A stretch of 64,000 nucleotides of DNA from Candidatus Bathyarchaeota archaeon. Its GTDB lineage: Archaea; Thermoproteota; Bathyarchaeia; Bathyarchaeales; Bathycorpusculaceae. Below the pieces are notes generated by a model. The model was not told the origin of the DNA, searched no databases, and saw only the letters and a program-made list of their open reading frames with translations. A program made the position numbers and the translations under genes. Of the stretch, positions 54,601 through 64,000 are shown one piece after another. The DNA lies in assembly GCA_963770935.1 (NCBI GenBank), contig CAVYRJ010000008.1, positions 192,001-256,000 on the forward strand, in the 5' to 3' direction. Each line of letters begins with the position of its first letter. Position 1 is the stretch's first letter.

Positions 54601-57305
54601 GAATTAATGATTCTAATTCCTTGCTTTGTTGCTCCCATCGATCAACAGATTCTTGCATTTCCAAACCCAAATTCTTAATCATAGGCGATGGGCTTGTTGA
54701 ACTGGTGAGCAATTTTAGAAGAGATTCAGGAATTTGGGTTCCCCATGACAACTTTTTAATTTCGTCGATTAGCGCTATGGCTTTTTCTGCGCCTTGGAAG
54801 TCCGTTCGGGTCTTGTGGTAATAGCGACCCATTAAAGTGCGAACAGATTCAACTGAATCCTCAATCTTCGCTTTCAGTTTTTTGACTTTCCGAGCGTCGA
54901 TAAGGTCTTGTTGTATTGTTTTTGGGACTTTACCTTCGTTTGTTATCCGAGCAATAGCTTTTTGGTCGTTGCGGTACGTTGAATTGAAGATTTTCAAACC
55001 ACTCTGGTATTCTCCACTGTACCTTTCAATTATTCCGTCCAAGTCTAACTCGTAGATGCCGTCGCTATAGGTTTCTTCTATCCTGCTCTTTGTCAAGTTG
55101 TATTCTAGATAGAGCTGCTTTGCCTTGGAAACGGTTTCTTGGACTTGCTCAAGGTATTTAGCGTCAAACCATTCTGGCTCTGGCTTATCATCAGCAAAGC
55201 ACAGCAGTGCTATCCGGGATAAACTGCTTTAGCTGTGTAACCGTCAAGTCGCCGCCGTCTAAACCTAGTAGCTGAGCGAGTACTTGAGAGGTTTCACGCC
55301 ACTTTCGGGAAGCCAATTGAGTATTTCGGGAAAAAGCCAAGAATTTTTCACGTTTCCCCAGCAATTCGCCTTCTTCTACGTTGATTTGCTGGAAGCAGGT
55401 TACCCAATGCTGATACTGCCTGCTGCAACTCGGCTGACCTGTTTAAGTCCAGAGCGAACAATGATGGTTGGTAGCGTTCCATGAGGTTGGCGCGAGTGCT
55501 TCTTTATCCAGATGCTGGTTTGAAGGTAGTTTTGTGCTTCGTTTAGGAGTTTGTCAAGGTTTGTGTTTGTTAACCAGTTACTTTCGGGCTTAGGACTCTC
55601 AAAGAGGAGTCTGCTGACGTCAAGGAGCCATTGTATTCGCGCAAACGTTTCAGGTGGAAACACACCCAGTTTGGCGGAAAATTCTTCGGTTTCCAGCTGC
55701 AAACTACGTAATTTTTCATTAATTTTAACAAGCGTTGTGAGGAGTTCGCTTCGGATTTCAAGGTTGTATTTGTCAGCGCGGTAGCCTAACCAAGGAAAAT
55801 CGGGCTCCTCGATTACCTGCCAAACTTTGCTTAGCTGCGAAACCAGTTCCTCAAGCTCACGCATCTTTTGCGGAGTCAACGTTCCCAACTCCGTTAATCC
55901 CACGGATACAAACGGAACGCGCTCGAGGCTTGAGATTATGCTTAGAACGTCATAGACGCTTCTCTGCAGGTACGGACGCTTATCATGCAACGCGGTGACG
56001 TAGCCGTTTAAGGCTTCACGGTATTCTGCCAGCCGCTCAAACTCATGTGCCGAGGGTAATTTGCGCGGAACAAGGTTTTCGTCGAGGCTGCGTTTGAGTT
56101 CCGCCACGACTTGCTGCTTGTTGGCTTTGCTACTGTGAAGTTCAAGGCAGAAATGCGCCAAACCCACCTGGCTAAGCCGTTTATAAACAACTTCCAATGC
56201 CGCCATCTTGTCACTGACAAAGAGCACGCTTTTGCCGTTAGCGATGCATTCGGCAATGATGTTTGCAATCGTCTGGCTTTTGCCTGTGCCGGGGGGACCT
56301 TTCATGACAAAGCTTTGTCCACGCAGGGCGTATTCGATGGAGACCCGTTGGCTGCTGTCAGCGTCGAGGACCTGGTAGGTTTTGGCTGGTGCCTCAATCT
56401 TGTCAACGTCTTTCTCGTCGGGCAAACCGTTCAAAATCAAGTTGTCTTCTTTGATGCCTGCTATTGCTTTGATTATAGGATGTTGGGTAACCAGAGCAGC
56501 GTTAGATTCTAAATCTTTGTAGATAACAAGTTTCTGGAAGGAAAAAAGCCCCAAATCAACCGATGGCTCAGTCTTCCAGCCCATTTCCGCCACTGCAGCC
56601 TCAACCAGCTTAAAGTAGTCAGCTAACTTTGATTCTTCCCACTCCTCAGGCAACGACGGCAACTCGATTTTGTAGTCATTCTTCAGTTTAGCCTGCAACG
56701 CAGGGTTTAAGACAGCTTCATCTTCAACAGGAGGCACAGCGATGCTGTAGGGTTGTCTAATGGAATCGCGTCTCAACTCCAAAGGCACAAGAATTAGGGG
56801 CGACTGGACATTTTCTTTTGTTTCCAAATCCACCCAGTTAAGCGTCCCAAAAGCCGCATGCAAAATGCGGACACCCCGTTCCATGTAATCCAGCAAGGGA
56901 ACGACTTTGCAGATTTTTTAGAACACGTTCAAGGTCCATGTGATTTAAACTGCCGCTAACCAACTGATTTGCTGTAGGGCGTTTTATTTCATCAGGGGTG
57001 GTGGCTGGTATGAGGGCAGATTTTGCCGTTTTGGGTTCGGTTTTGGTTTTGCCCTTGCCTTTGGCTATTGTTTTTTCGAGTTTTTCTGGGTTTTTGGTTT
57101 CTTCTTGAGGTTGCCAGAATTCTAACTGATTCTTTTTTATGACGAGTGCGTCGAAGATTTTTTGTTGGTCAGGTTGGGTGATTTGGAGGCTTCCACGTTT
57201 GCCTTTGTGGAAGTAGAGCAGGTTGTTTTTTCTTGAGAGGTCAATTAACCTAGATTTCCAGTCTTCAACACGCTTCATGGGTGAGGAGGAAATAGTTTCA
57301 GTCAT
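51636..57305 (-). CDS. Very large DUF4011 - SF1 helicase - Vsr-like nuclease - DUF3320 protein; about 5 frameshifts
   Basis: WKSRLIDLSRKNNLL, GPPGTGKSQTI, LMSPISVSQ, FDEASQ, GDNKQLPPT, WHYRS, VQGDERD, RRLNVAVTRAR, ECDGATY...ARDRDRLR..LGW; chained overlapping ORFs. Confidence 0.9.
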
Positions 57306-57423
57306 GTAAAGGCATATCCCCAAGCGATTCGGTAGGATTATTGTGTGTAGGGTTGTTTAATACTTACGGTACTTTAACTTGGTTTCAAACATTCAGTTAG
57401 CCCATTTCTTGGAGCAAAAAGAG

Positions 57424-58045
57424 TCAGTTGATTCTACATGCTTGGTCTATTGCATCCAAAACTACCTGTTTAACGTTCCCGATGCCTACTTTTCTTATTT
57501 CAAGAATCTTAAGGCCCATCCCTGACTTCTCAATATCTTCTCTGCATTTTTCCGCGTCTTCGCAGGTATCCAAAATTACCGCGCCCTTAATACCGCTGAA
57601 CATGCCTGTAAACGCTGCCTCGTCAACTCCTTCTTTTAGCATTTGTTCTTTAGCGTACTTAAAGAACCCAATCATGCCTGGACCCATGAACATGAGGTTG
57701 TGGTCAGGGTCAGCCTCTAACGATTTGCCTTTGCCGCCTAATTGGCAGTCGATACAGTTCACCGCATCTACCTTCACTATGCCATATTCTTGCGATAACT
57801 TTTTCATTTCGTTGTCTTGCCCAAGACACAGGTCACCGTAAACGAGCACGACTTTGCCCTTGAATCTTTTAAGGGTTTGTTCTAGAACTTTACGCAGATT
57901 TTTCTCAAGTGCCGTGTAGTCGATGTGGAAAAACTTACTCACAAAAACCAGTTCAGCATCAAGTTCACCTTGCTTGACTAAAATGCTCGAGTTCTTCTCT
58001 TAACACACTACAGGAAACCAGACAAACCTTGGGTTTTTCAAACAA
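57424..58045 (-). CDS. DUF1638-like protein; frameshift ~57980
   Basis: KVCLVSCSVLREEL / FFHID / LVYGDLC / AVNCIDC. Confidence 0.7.
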
Positions 58046-58168
58046 ACTTTCAGCTTCTTAATAATCATAGTTACCAATTTACCAATAAAGTTTTGCGATA
58101 GTGAAAAAATGGTTTTAGTCTTAAAAATTTTAAACTTTATTTAATCGCACAAACACGCACTGGTCACT

Positions 58169-58567
58169 CTATGGTTTAAAGCAGTATCGTTGCCATTGCG
58201 GCCATTGCTGCGTTGTTGTGCAGGTGCCAAAGTCTAAAGTTAATTCCATGCCTATCTTCAGTTGCCCCTGAGTTACATCCTGAATCATTCCAGGGATTCT
58301 TAAGCCGTTTTCAAATTCTATAATGCCAACGGAATAGGGCGTCAAGGCTTGGAACTGCGCAGGTGCGATGCTGATAACTGTGTAAGTAAGCAGTTTGCCT
58401 TTGCCGGAAACGTTGATCCACTCGAATTCTTGGGAATAGCAGTTGTCGCATAGGGGTCTTGGTGGCAAATGGATTTTTCCGCATTTTAGGCATTTTCCAG
58501 CCTTCAGCTTGCCCTGCTGAAGAAACTTGTAGAACTGCTCAATTGTGAAAGGCTCATGAGTAATCAT
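58169..58567 (-). CDS. DUF35 Zn-ribbon/OB-fold protein
   Basis: CLKCG..HLPPRPLCDNC, GKGKLLTYTV; overlaps the thiolase stop. Confidence 0.92.
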   Translation of the reverse strand: MITHEPFTIEQFYKFLQQGKLKAGKCLKCGKIHLPPRPLCDNCYSQEFEWINVSGKGKLLTYTVISIAPAQFQALTPYSVGIIEFENGLRIPGMIQDVTQGQLKIGMELTLDFGTCTTTQQWPQWQRYCFKP

Positions 58568-59742
58568 TGTTGTGCGCTCCTGTAGAGGTGAACTACTGAT
58601 GTAGCGCCTGAACCGCCTACGTTTTGGGTTAAGCCTATTTTAGCGTCTTTAACTTGACGTTTCCCCGCTTGATTGGTAAGTTGCAGATAGATTTCGTAAG
58701 CTTGAGCCGTTCCTGTTGCACCAACTGGGTGACCTTTAGCTTTTAAGCCCCCGCTTGTGTTTACTGGAACTCTGCCTCCAAGACGGGTTTCGCCGCTTTC
58801 GATTAATTTACCGCCCTCGCCTTTCTTGCAAAATCCGAGGTCTTCGTATGCCATGAGTTCCGCGAATGTGAAACAGTCGTGAACTTCAGCCAAGTTTACC
58901 TGTTGTGGTGTCACTTGAGCCATTTCATAGGCTGTTTTCGCCGCTATCTTTGTTGCGTTTAGTGAGGTGAAGCTTTCTCGTTCGTATAATCCGATGGTGT
59001 CACTGGCTTGTCCGCTACCAACAATATGGACTGGTTGGTCAGTGAATTTGCTTGCCAACTCGGGTTTGGTTAAGATTATGCAGCTTGCGCCGTCAGTTAT
59101 GAGTGAGCAATCGTAGAGTTTAAGAGGCCAAGCTACGTAACGGGAAGCCATAACGGTTTCCAAGGTGATTTCTTTTTGCATATGGGCCTTCGGGTTGAGA
59201 CTGCCATGGTAATGGTTTTTGACCGCTACCAAGGCAATCTGCTTCTCCGTAGTGCCGTAAGTGTGCATGTGGGCAGTCGCCATCAACGCAAACAACCCTG
59301 GGAAAGTGATGCCATGAAACTGTTCAAAAGGATAATCGGATGCCATAGCCAAGTACTCGGTAACTTCAGCTGTAGTGCGATGCGTCATCTTCTCTACACC
59401 GCCTACTACCACCACATCTGCTAGCCCAGACATGACCGCGTAAATGCCTGAACGTAAAGCAACGCCGGAAGAACCACACGCTGCCTCTGTGCGCGTTGCT
59501 GGAATTCCGACAAGACCAGCCCAATCCGCAATTGCGCTACCAGTGTGCCCTTGATGTTCGTAGGCTTCACCCATGTGCCCGATAAAGAGGGCTTTAATGT
59601 CGCGTTTCGGTTCCAATTTGGGGCAGCGACTGAACGCTTCACTTGCCGCCTCGCTGAAAATTTCTCTTGCAAGTAGACCATCACGTTTGCCGAATTTGGA
59701 CATGCCTGCGCTGATTATACTGACGAGCGGTTTCCCATTCAA
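58564..59742 (-). CDS. Archaeal thiolase (acetyl-CoA acetyltransferase)
   Basis: EAACGSSG, GVEKM, EVHDCF, SGGLKAKGHPVGATG; probable TTG start 59742. Confidence 0.93.
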   Translation of the reverse strand: MNGKPLVSIISAGMSKFGKRDGLLAREIFSEAASEAFSRCPKLEPKRDIKALFIGHMGEAYEHQGHTGSAIADWAGLVGIPATRTEAACGSSGVALRSGIYAVMSGLADVVVVGGVEKMTHRTTAEVTEYLAMASDYPFEQFHGITFPGLFALMATAHMHTYGTTEKQIALVAVKNHYHGSLNPKAHMQKEITLETVMASRYVAWPLKLYDCSLITDGASCIILTKPELASKFTDQPVHIVGSGQASDTIGLYERESFTSLNATKIAAKTAYEMAQVTPQQVNLAEVHDCFTFAELMAYEDLGFCKKGEGGKLIESGETRLGGRVPVNTSGGLKAKGHPVGATGTAQAYEIYLQLTNQAGKRQVKDAKIGLTQNVGGSGATSVVHLYRSAQQ

Positions 59743-59967
59743 ACCATTATGCCTCTTTATGATGCCTATACATTGATGCCAACCCAGAATAAAAACCCAC
59801 ATCGTATTTTTGACTCTTAGAAAGTCAACCCTTTCCAAATAATTCGATATAGAGTGATGACCTATGCCACAATCACATTTCATTAAAAATTATCTTAAAC
59901 AATGGATAGCAAGTAAAACTGTGCATTTGTTGAGACCCCCTTAAGGGGTAATAGTCAACTCCGAACG

Positions 59968-60940
59968 CTAGAGTCCTGCGACATAGATGCGTAAAGCAAA
60001 AATGGGCACCACAACAACTAACCCAAATAGAGCAGCAGTTACCGTCATCACCCGTAAAGCCTTCGGAATGTCTTCAGGTGAAATCCCATGGTCATCACCA
60101 AGGGTGTAGTAACCTTGTTTTTCAAGTTGTATGTTTAAGGCTCCTGCCATGGCGGAGATGGTGTAGCCCGCGTTTGGGCTTGCAGTTTTGTGTTTGTCAC
60201 GTTGGAGAATGCGATAGGACTCTCGCCAGTCTTCACGCAGAATAAACGATGCTGCAACCATCAAGTAAGCAGTCAACCTAGCGGGAACGTAGTTAGTTAT
60301 CGTATCCATTTTAGCTGAGAACCAGCCAATATTCTTGAATTCAGCGTTCTTGTAGCCAACCATCGAATCCAAAGTGTTGATTACACGATAAGCAAAAGCA
60401 CCTGGAACTCCAAACAACGCAAAAAAGAAGAACGGAGCGGTTATGCCATCAGTGGTGCTTTCAGCGATGGATTCGACGGATGCTGAAATAATTTGGCGTT
60501 CATTAAGGGTGTTTGGGTCACGTCGGACAATGTAGGGCAACCATTTCCTCGCAGCAGCTAAATCGTTCCGTTTCAATGCTTTAGCAATGGGTTTTGTATA
60601 TTGTCCCATGCCTGAAATGGCGAACGTTGCTTTGAACAGGATTGCACCTATAACAATGTAGAGGATATTCTCCGTATGGAAGAGTTCTGAGCCAGAAAAG
60701 CAGTGCAAAAACGGGGAGCGCAACAATCAGAATTATAACCAATGCCATTAAGACGCCGTTTGCTTTTTCCACTTTTGGATTTGGGTTTTTGGCTTTGCGC
60801 TTCAGGTAGGTGATTATTTTTCCGATGCCTATAGTTGGGTGAATTCTATCAGGGTACTCGCCCAAGAACAAATCAATCAAAAAGGCTAATGTGAAGATGA
60901 GAGCGGAATCGACAAACAAAGAAACGTCAAACCAAAACAT
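59968..60940 (-). CDS. cbiB: Adenosylcobinamide-phosphate synthase; frameshift ~60680
   Basis: DLFLGEYP..HP, ESIAESTTDG, YRVINTLDSMVGY, SPNAG. Confidence 0.93.
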
Positions 60941-60943
60941 AGG

Positions 60944-62080
60944 TCACGACTCAGATTGCTTTACTAACTGTCTGAATGCGTTAATCATCCGCTCATTTTC
61001 CTGGTGTGTTTTTACGGCAACCCGAATGTAAAACTCATCGAGCCCCATAAAGGAGGTGCAATCGCGAATCAGAATACCTTGCTTTAGCATTTTGCTCTTT
61101 AACTCGGCTGCCGTGAAGCCTGACTTGCGAACGTCGATGAAAAAAAAGTTGGCGTCAGGTGCAATAAATTTGAATCCGACAAATTTTCCAAATTCCCCAA
61201 TTAACCATGCCTTCTCTTTTTGGATAAGCTCAACGGTAACTCGCAAGTGTTTTTCATCATTTAATGCAGCAACCGCAGCAGCCTGTGCTATACAGTTAAC
61301 ATTCCAAGGAATCTTGGCGCTTGAAAGCACATTTATGATTTCGGGGTTAGCAAGCCCATAGCCAACTCGCAAGCCAGTTAAGCCAAAAATTTTTGTAAAA
61401 GACCGCAAGATGAACAAGTTGGGATATTTGTTAATTTTGTTGATCATTGAAAGAGATTTTTCGTTGTCAACAAACTCCAGAAAGTCTTCGTCGAGGAAAA
61501 CAAGCGTATCCTGCGCCAGCGTTGTCTCAATTATTTCTTCCAAGATTTCTTGGGAAATGAGCATACTGGTCGGGTTGTTGGGGTTACAAAGGAAAACAAG
61601 TTTGGCACCAGCCATCTCACGTTTGAACACTTCTGGCTCAATCATGAAGGTTTTGCCCAGCTTGACGAATTTTGTTATTTCTCCAGTTTTGCATACAGCA
61701 CTAGCGTATTCGCCAAATGTCGGCGCTGGCATAACCGTCCTGTCACCTTTTTTCACGAAAACCTCAGCGAATAGGTACATAAGTTCGGTGGAGCCATTGC
61801 CCACTATTATATTGCCCTTATTCATGCCAAAATGACTTGCAATAACTTGCCTTAGCTCGTTGGAGTTTGAGTCTGGATAAGCCGCAATTTGGTTGAAGGC
61901 TCCTCTGGCAGCATCAAGCGCTTTTTTTGACGGACCCAACGGATTGACGCTGGAACTAAAATCCAAAATGTTTTGCGGTAAAAGCCCACTTTCTTCTGCG
62001 GCACCTAAAACCTCTGCGCCGTGAACACAGGGCTTAAGATTTTTAACGTTATCCCTAATTAGGCTCTTGATGGGCTTCAT
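60944..62080 (-). CDS. cobD: L-threonine-O-3-phosphate decarboxylase (HisC-like PLP enzyme)
   Basis: HGA...DFSSSVNPLGP, GNGSTE, CNPNNPT, RSFTKIFGLTGLRVG, IRDC; upstream of cbiB. Confidence 0.85.
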   Translation of the reverse strand: MKPIKSLIRDNVKNLKPCVHGAEVLGAAEESGLLPQNILDFSSSVNPLGPSKKALDAARGAFNQIAAYPDSNSNELRQVIASHFGMNKGNIIVGNGSTELMYLFAEVFVKKGDRTVMPAPTFGEYASAVCKTGEITKFVKLGKTFMIEPEVFKREMAGAKLVFLCNPNNPTSMLISQEILEEIIETTLAQDTLVFLDEDFLEFVDNEKSLSMINKINKYPNLFILRSFTKIFGLTGLRVGYGLANPEIINVLSSAKIPWNVNCIAQAAAVAALNDEKHLRVTVELIQKEKAWLIGEFGKFVGFKFIAPDANFFFIDVRKSGFTAAELKSKMLKQGILIRDCTSFMGLDEFYIRVAVKTHQENERMINAFRQLVKQSES

Positions 62081-62235
62081 TTGGCTTATTCCTTCGCTAC
62101 GCCGCGAAATTCCATGGTTTCTCTTTAACGTAAATCATATAAATGTTTGGTCGGATGTTCCATCCTAAAGACTTATCAGTAAAAGGGTTTTTGAGAAAGC
62201 AAAACAATGATACAATGAAAACGAGGAGATTTTTG

Positions 62236-62418
62236 TTGAGCGACAAGTTAGACAAACACAAAATTCAAGAATTAAGAGAAATGGTAAAAGAAAAAGCTCC
62301 AGATCAACCAGTTGAGAAGGTTCTAGCAGTCTTTTGCGAACGCCACGGACTCACATCCGGAACATGCAGGTACTACTACAACCTTTTAGTTGAAAACGGC
62401 GATATTAAAGAAAAATAA
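62236..62418 (+). CDS. Small hypothetical protein
   Basis: SD GAGGAG before TTG; MSDKLDKHKIQELREMVKEK...FCERHG...CRYYY. Confidence 0.6.
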   Translation: MSDKLDKHKIQELREMVKEKAPDQPVEKVLAVFCERHGLTSGTCRYYYNLLVENGDIKEK

Positions 62419-62459
62419 GTTTAAGTTTAAACCCTCAATTACTCTACAAGGGCTCACAG

Positions 62460-63257
62460 TTGAATGAACTTATCTTCATAGGTTTAGGCTTAAACGACGA
62501 GAAAGGTATCACGGTCAAAGGCTTAGAAGAAACCAAGAGTGCGGACGCGGTTTTCATGGAAACATACACAAGCCTCATGCCTGACTTTAGCCTGCAGCGA
62601 TTTGAGACTTTGTGCGGCAAAAAAATTCAAGTGGTATCCAGATTTGACTTGGAAGAAGAGAACGGAACCCTAATACTCCAAGCCGCCAAAGTTGGCAAGA
62701 CCGTGCTTCTTGTTCCAGGTGACCCTTTCATCGCTACAACTCATGTCACCTTGCGGATCGATGCGAAAAAACAGGGGATAAAAACGCGAATAATTCATGG
62801 AACTTCTATTATGTCAGCAATAATCAGCTTATCGGGTTTGCATAATTACAAATTCGGAAAAACCGTTACTGTGCCATTTCCCGAAAACTTTTCTGAAACT
62901 CCCTATAACGTTATTGTTCAAAACAAGAAACTTGGTTTACATACGCTTTGCCTGTTAGATTTAAAGGCTAAAGAAAAACTCTTCCTATCAATTAACCAAG
63001 CCCTCAAGATGCTAAGGGAAGTTGAAGAAAAAAAGAAGCTGGGCGTGATTTCACAAGATACGGTTGCGGTTGGAATAGCAAGAGCAGGAGGTAATAATGC
63101 CACCATAAAAGCCGATTTCGTTAAAGACTTGGAAAATTTTGATTTCGGGGAACCGCCTTTCAGTCTGATTTTTCCAGGGGACTTGCATTTTATGGAGGTT
63201 GATTCGTTGATTGCTTTTGGGGGTGCGCCAACCAGTTTTAGGAGGCTAGACAAATAA
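62460..63257 (+). CDS. dph5: Diphthine synthase
   Basis: FIGLGL, ETYTS, GDPFIATTH, GLHNYKFGKTVT, GLHTLCLLD. Confidence 0.96.
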   Translation: MNELIFIGLGLNDEKGITVKGLEETKSADAVFMETYTSLMPDFSLQRFETLCGKKIQVVSRFDLEEENGTLILQAAKVGKTVLLVPGDPFIATTHVTLRIDAKKQGIKTRIIHGTSIMSAIISLSGLHNYKFGKTVTVPFPENFSETPYNVIVQNKKLGLHTLCLLDLKAKEKLFLSINQALKMLREVEEKKKLGVISQDTVAVGIARAGGNNATIKADFVKDLENFDFGEPPFSLIFPGDLHFMEVDSLIAFGGAPTSFRRLDK

Positions 63258-63539
63258 GCCTCGAAACATTGACATGCGAAGTACATTTCGATGGCTGAAA
63301 GAGTTTTTAAGGAAATTAAGCGAACCCAAACCCCAATTAACCTAACAGAGGAGTCGGTGGCGCATGTTTTAGGGTGGGCAGCTGATTACTTGGAGGATGC
63401 AAAGTATTATAAGGCTCAAGGCAACCTTGAAACAAGTTTAACCTCAGTAGCTTACTGCGAAGGGCTACTTGATGCTTTAAGATTATTGGGCGCAGTGAAC
63501 TTTGAATGGCCAACAAACCAAGAAAAAAAATTGTCTTAG
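63254..63539 (+). CDS. DUF357 family protein (5' end disturbed)
   Basis: YLEDAKYY...SVAYCEGLLDALRLLG; SD AGGAGG then ATA AGC CTC GAA, frameshift ~63275. Confidence 0.85.
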
Positions 63540-63964
63540 CATCAGGCGTTTTTGACCTGCTTCATCTTGGTCACGTGAGGTTTTTGGAAGATGCCAAAAG
63601 GGCAGGCGGAAAAAACGCAAAACTAATCGTCATTGTTGCAAGGGACAGCACAATAGAAAAAACTAAGGGCAGAAAACCAATTATGACTGAGGACCAACGT
63701 TGTGCCCTGGTTGAATCGCTTAGGGTAGTTGATGAAGCTGTTCTTGGTTATGAAGGTCTTGAAATCGGCGAAGTTATAGAAAAAATTAAGCCGGATTTTA
63801 TCGCGTTGGGCTATGACCAAACGGAGATGGAGAGGGAAGTCAAAGAGTACATTGAAGCCCATAAACTGCCTGTTTCGGTTGTGAGGATTGGCAAGTATGG
63901 GGAGAATGCTTTAGATAGCTCGTCTAAGATTAAACAGAAAATAATCGACAAACTCGGCAAATAA
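63506..63964 (+). CDS. ribL: Archaeal FAD synthase (cytidylyltransferase family)
   Basis: SGVFDLLHLGH, VARD, KPDFIALGYDQ, SSSKI. Confidence 0.88.
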   Translation: MANKPRKKIVLASGVFDLLHLGHVRFLEDAKRAGGKNAKLIVIVARDSTIEKTKGRKPIMTEDQRCALVESLRVVDEAVLGYEGLEIGEVIEKIKPDFIALGYDQTEMEREVKEYIEAHKLPVSVVRIGKYGENALDSSSKIKQKIIDKLGK

Positions 63965-64000
63965 CGGTTGCACATTTATGGGTTGCGAGAAATACAAGCC

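Overview
Archaeal chromosomal window: archaeal-type LeuRS, TrpRS, TpiA, Rpo5, Dph5 and RNase HII. The surface beta-propeller protein and general gene style suggest Bathyarchaeia (inference). Most of it is housekeeping: glnA, RsmB/NIP7, leuS, metYXW, pyrI, glycogen/sugar genes, trpS, ModE-tupABC, thiolase/DUF35, cobD-cbiB, dph5 and ribL. About 20 single-base frameshifts look like uncorrected long-read errors. The main discovery candidate is at 6.1-12.7 kb. It is a twice-repeated module of (i) an isoprenyl-diphosphate-synthase-fold enzyme that keeps the first DDxxD motif but has lost the IPP-binding and second Asp-rich motifs, as in ComQ, (ii) an unannotated, separately promoted micro-peptide ending in Trp (MKQKQAIRAKPINWGGW; (M)KKPIRPVRMYWW) and (iii) a paralogous MFS transporter with a conserved YEEAKxLAEKYY tail. 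A radical SAM/SPASM gene follows. I interpret this as a candidate archaeal Trp-prenylated peptide (ComQX-like pheromone/RiPP) system. Other items: an AT-rich islet with two decayed Cas1-like C-terminal remnants and a HEPN gene, a long eukaryote-like Rpo5 with an N-terminal jaw-like domain, a candidate structured RNA, an unannotated CPxCG zinc finger, a DUF4011/DUF3320 helicase and a ModE operator. All family calls come from motif recognition by eye, with no database searches.
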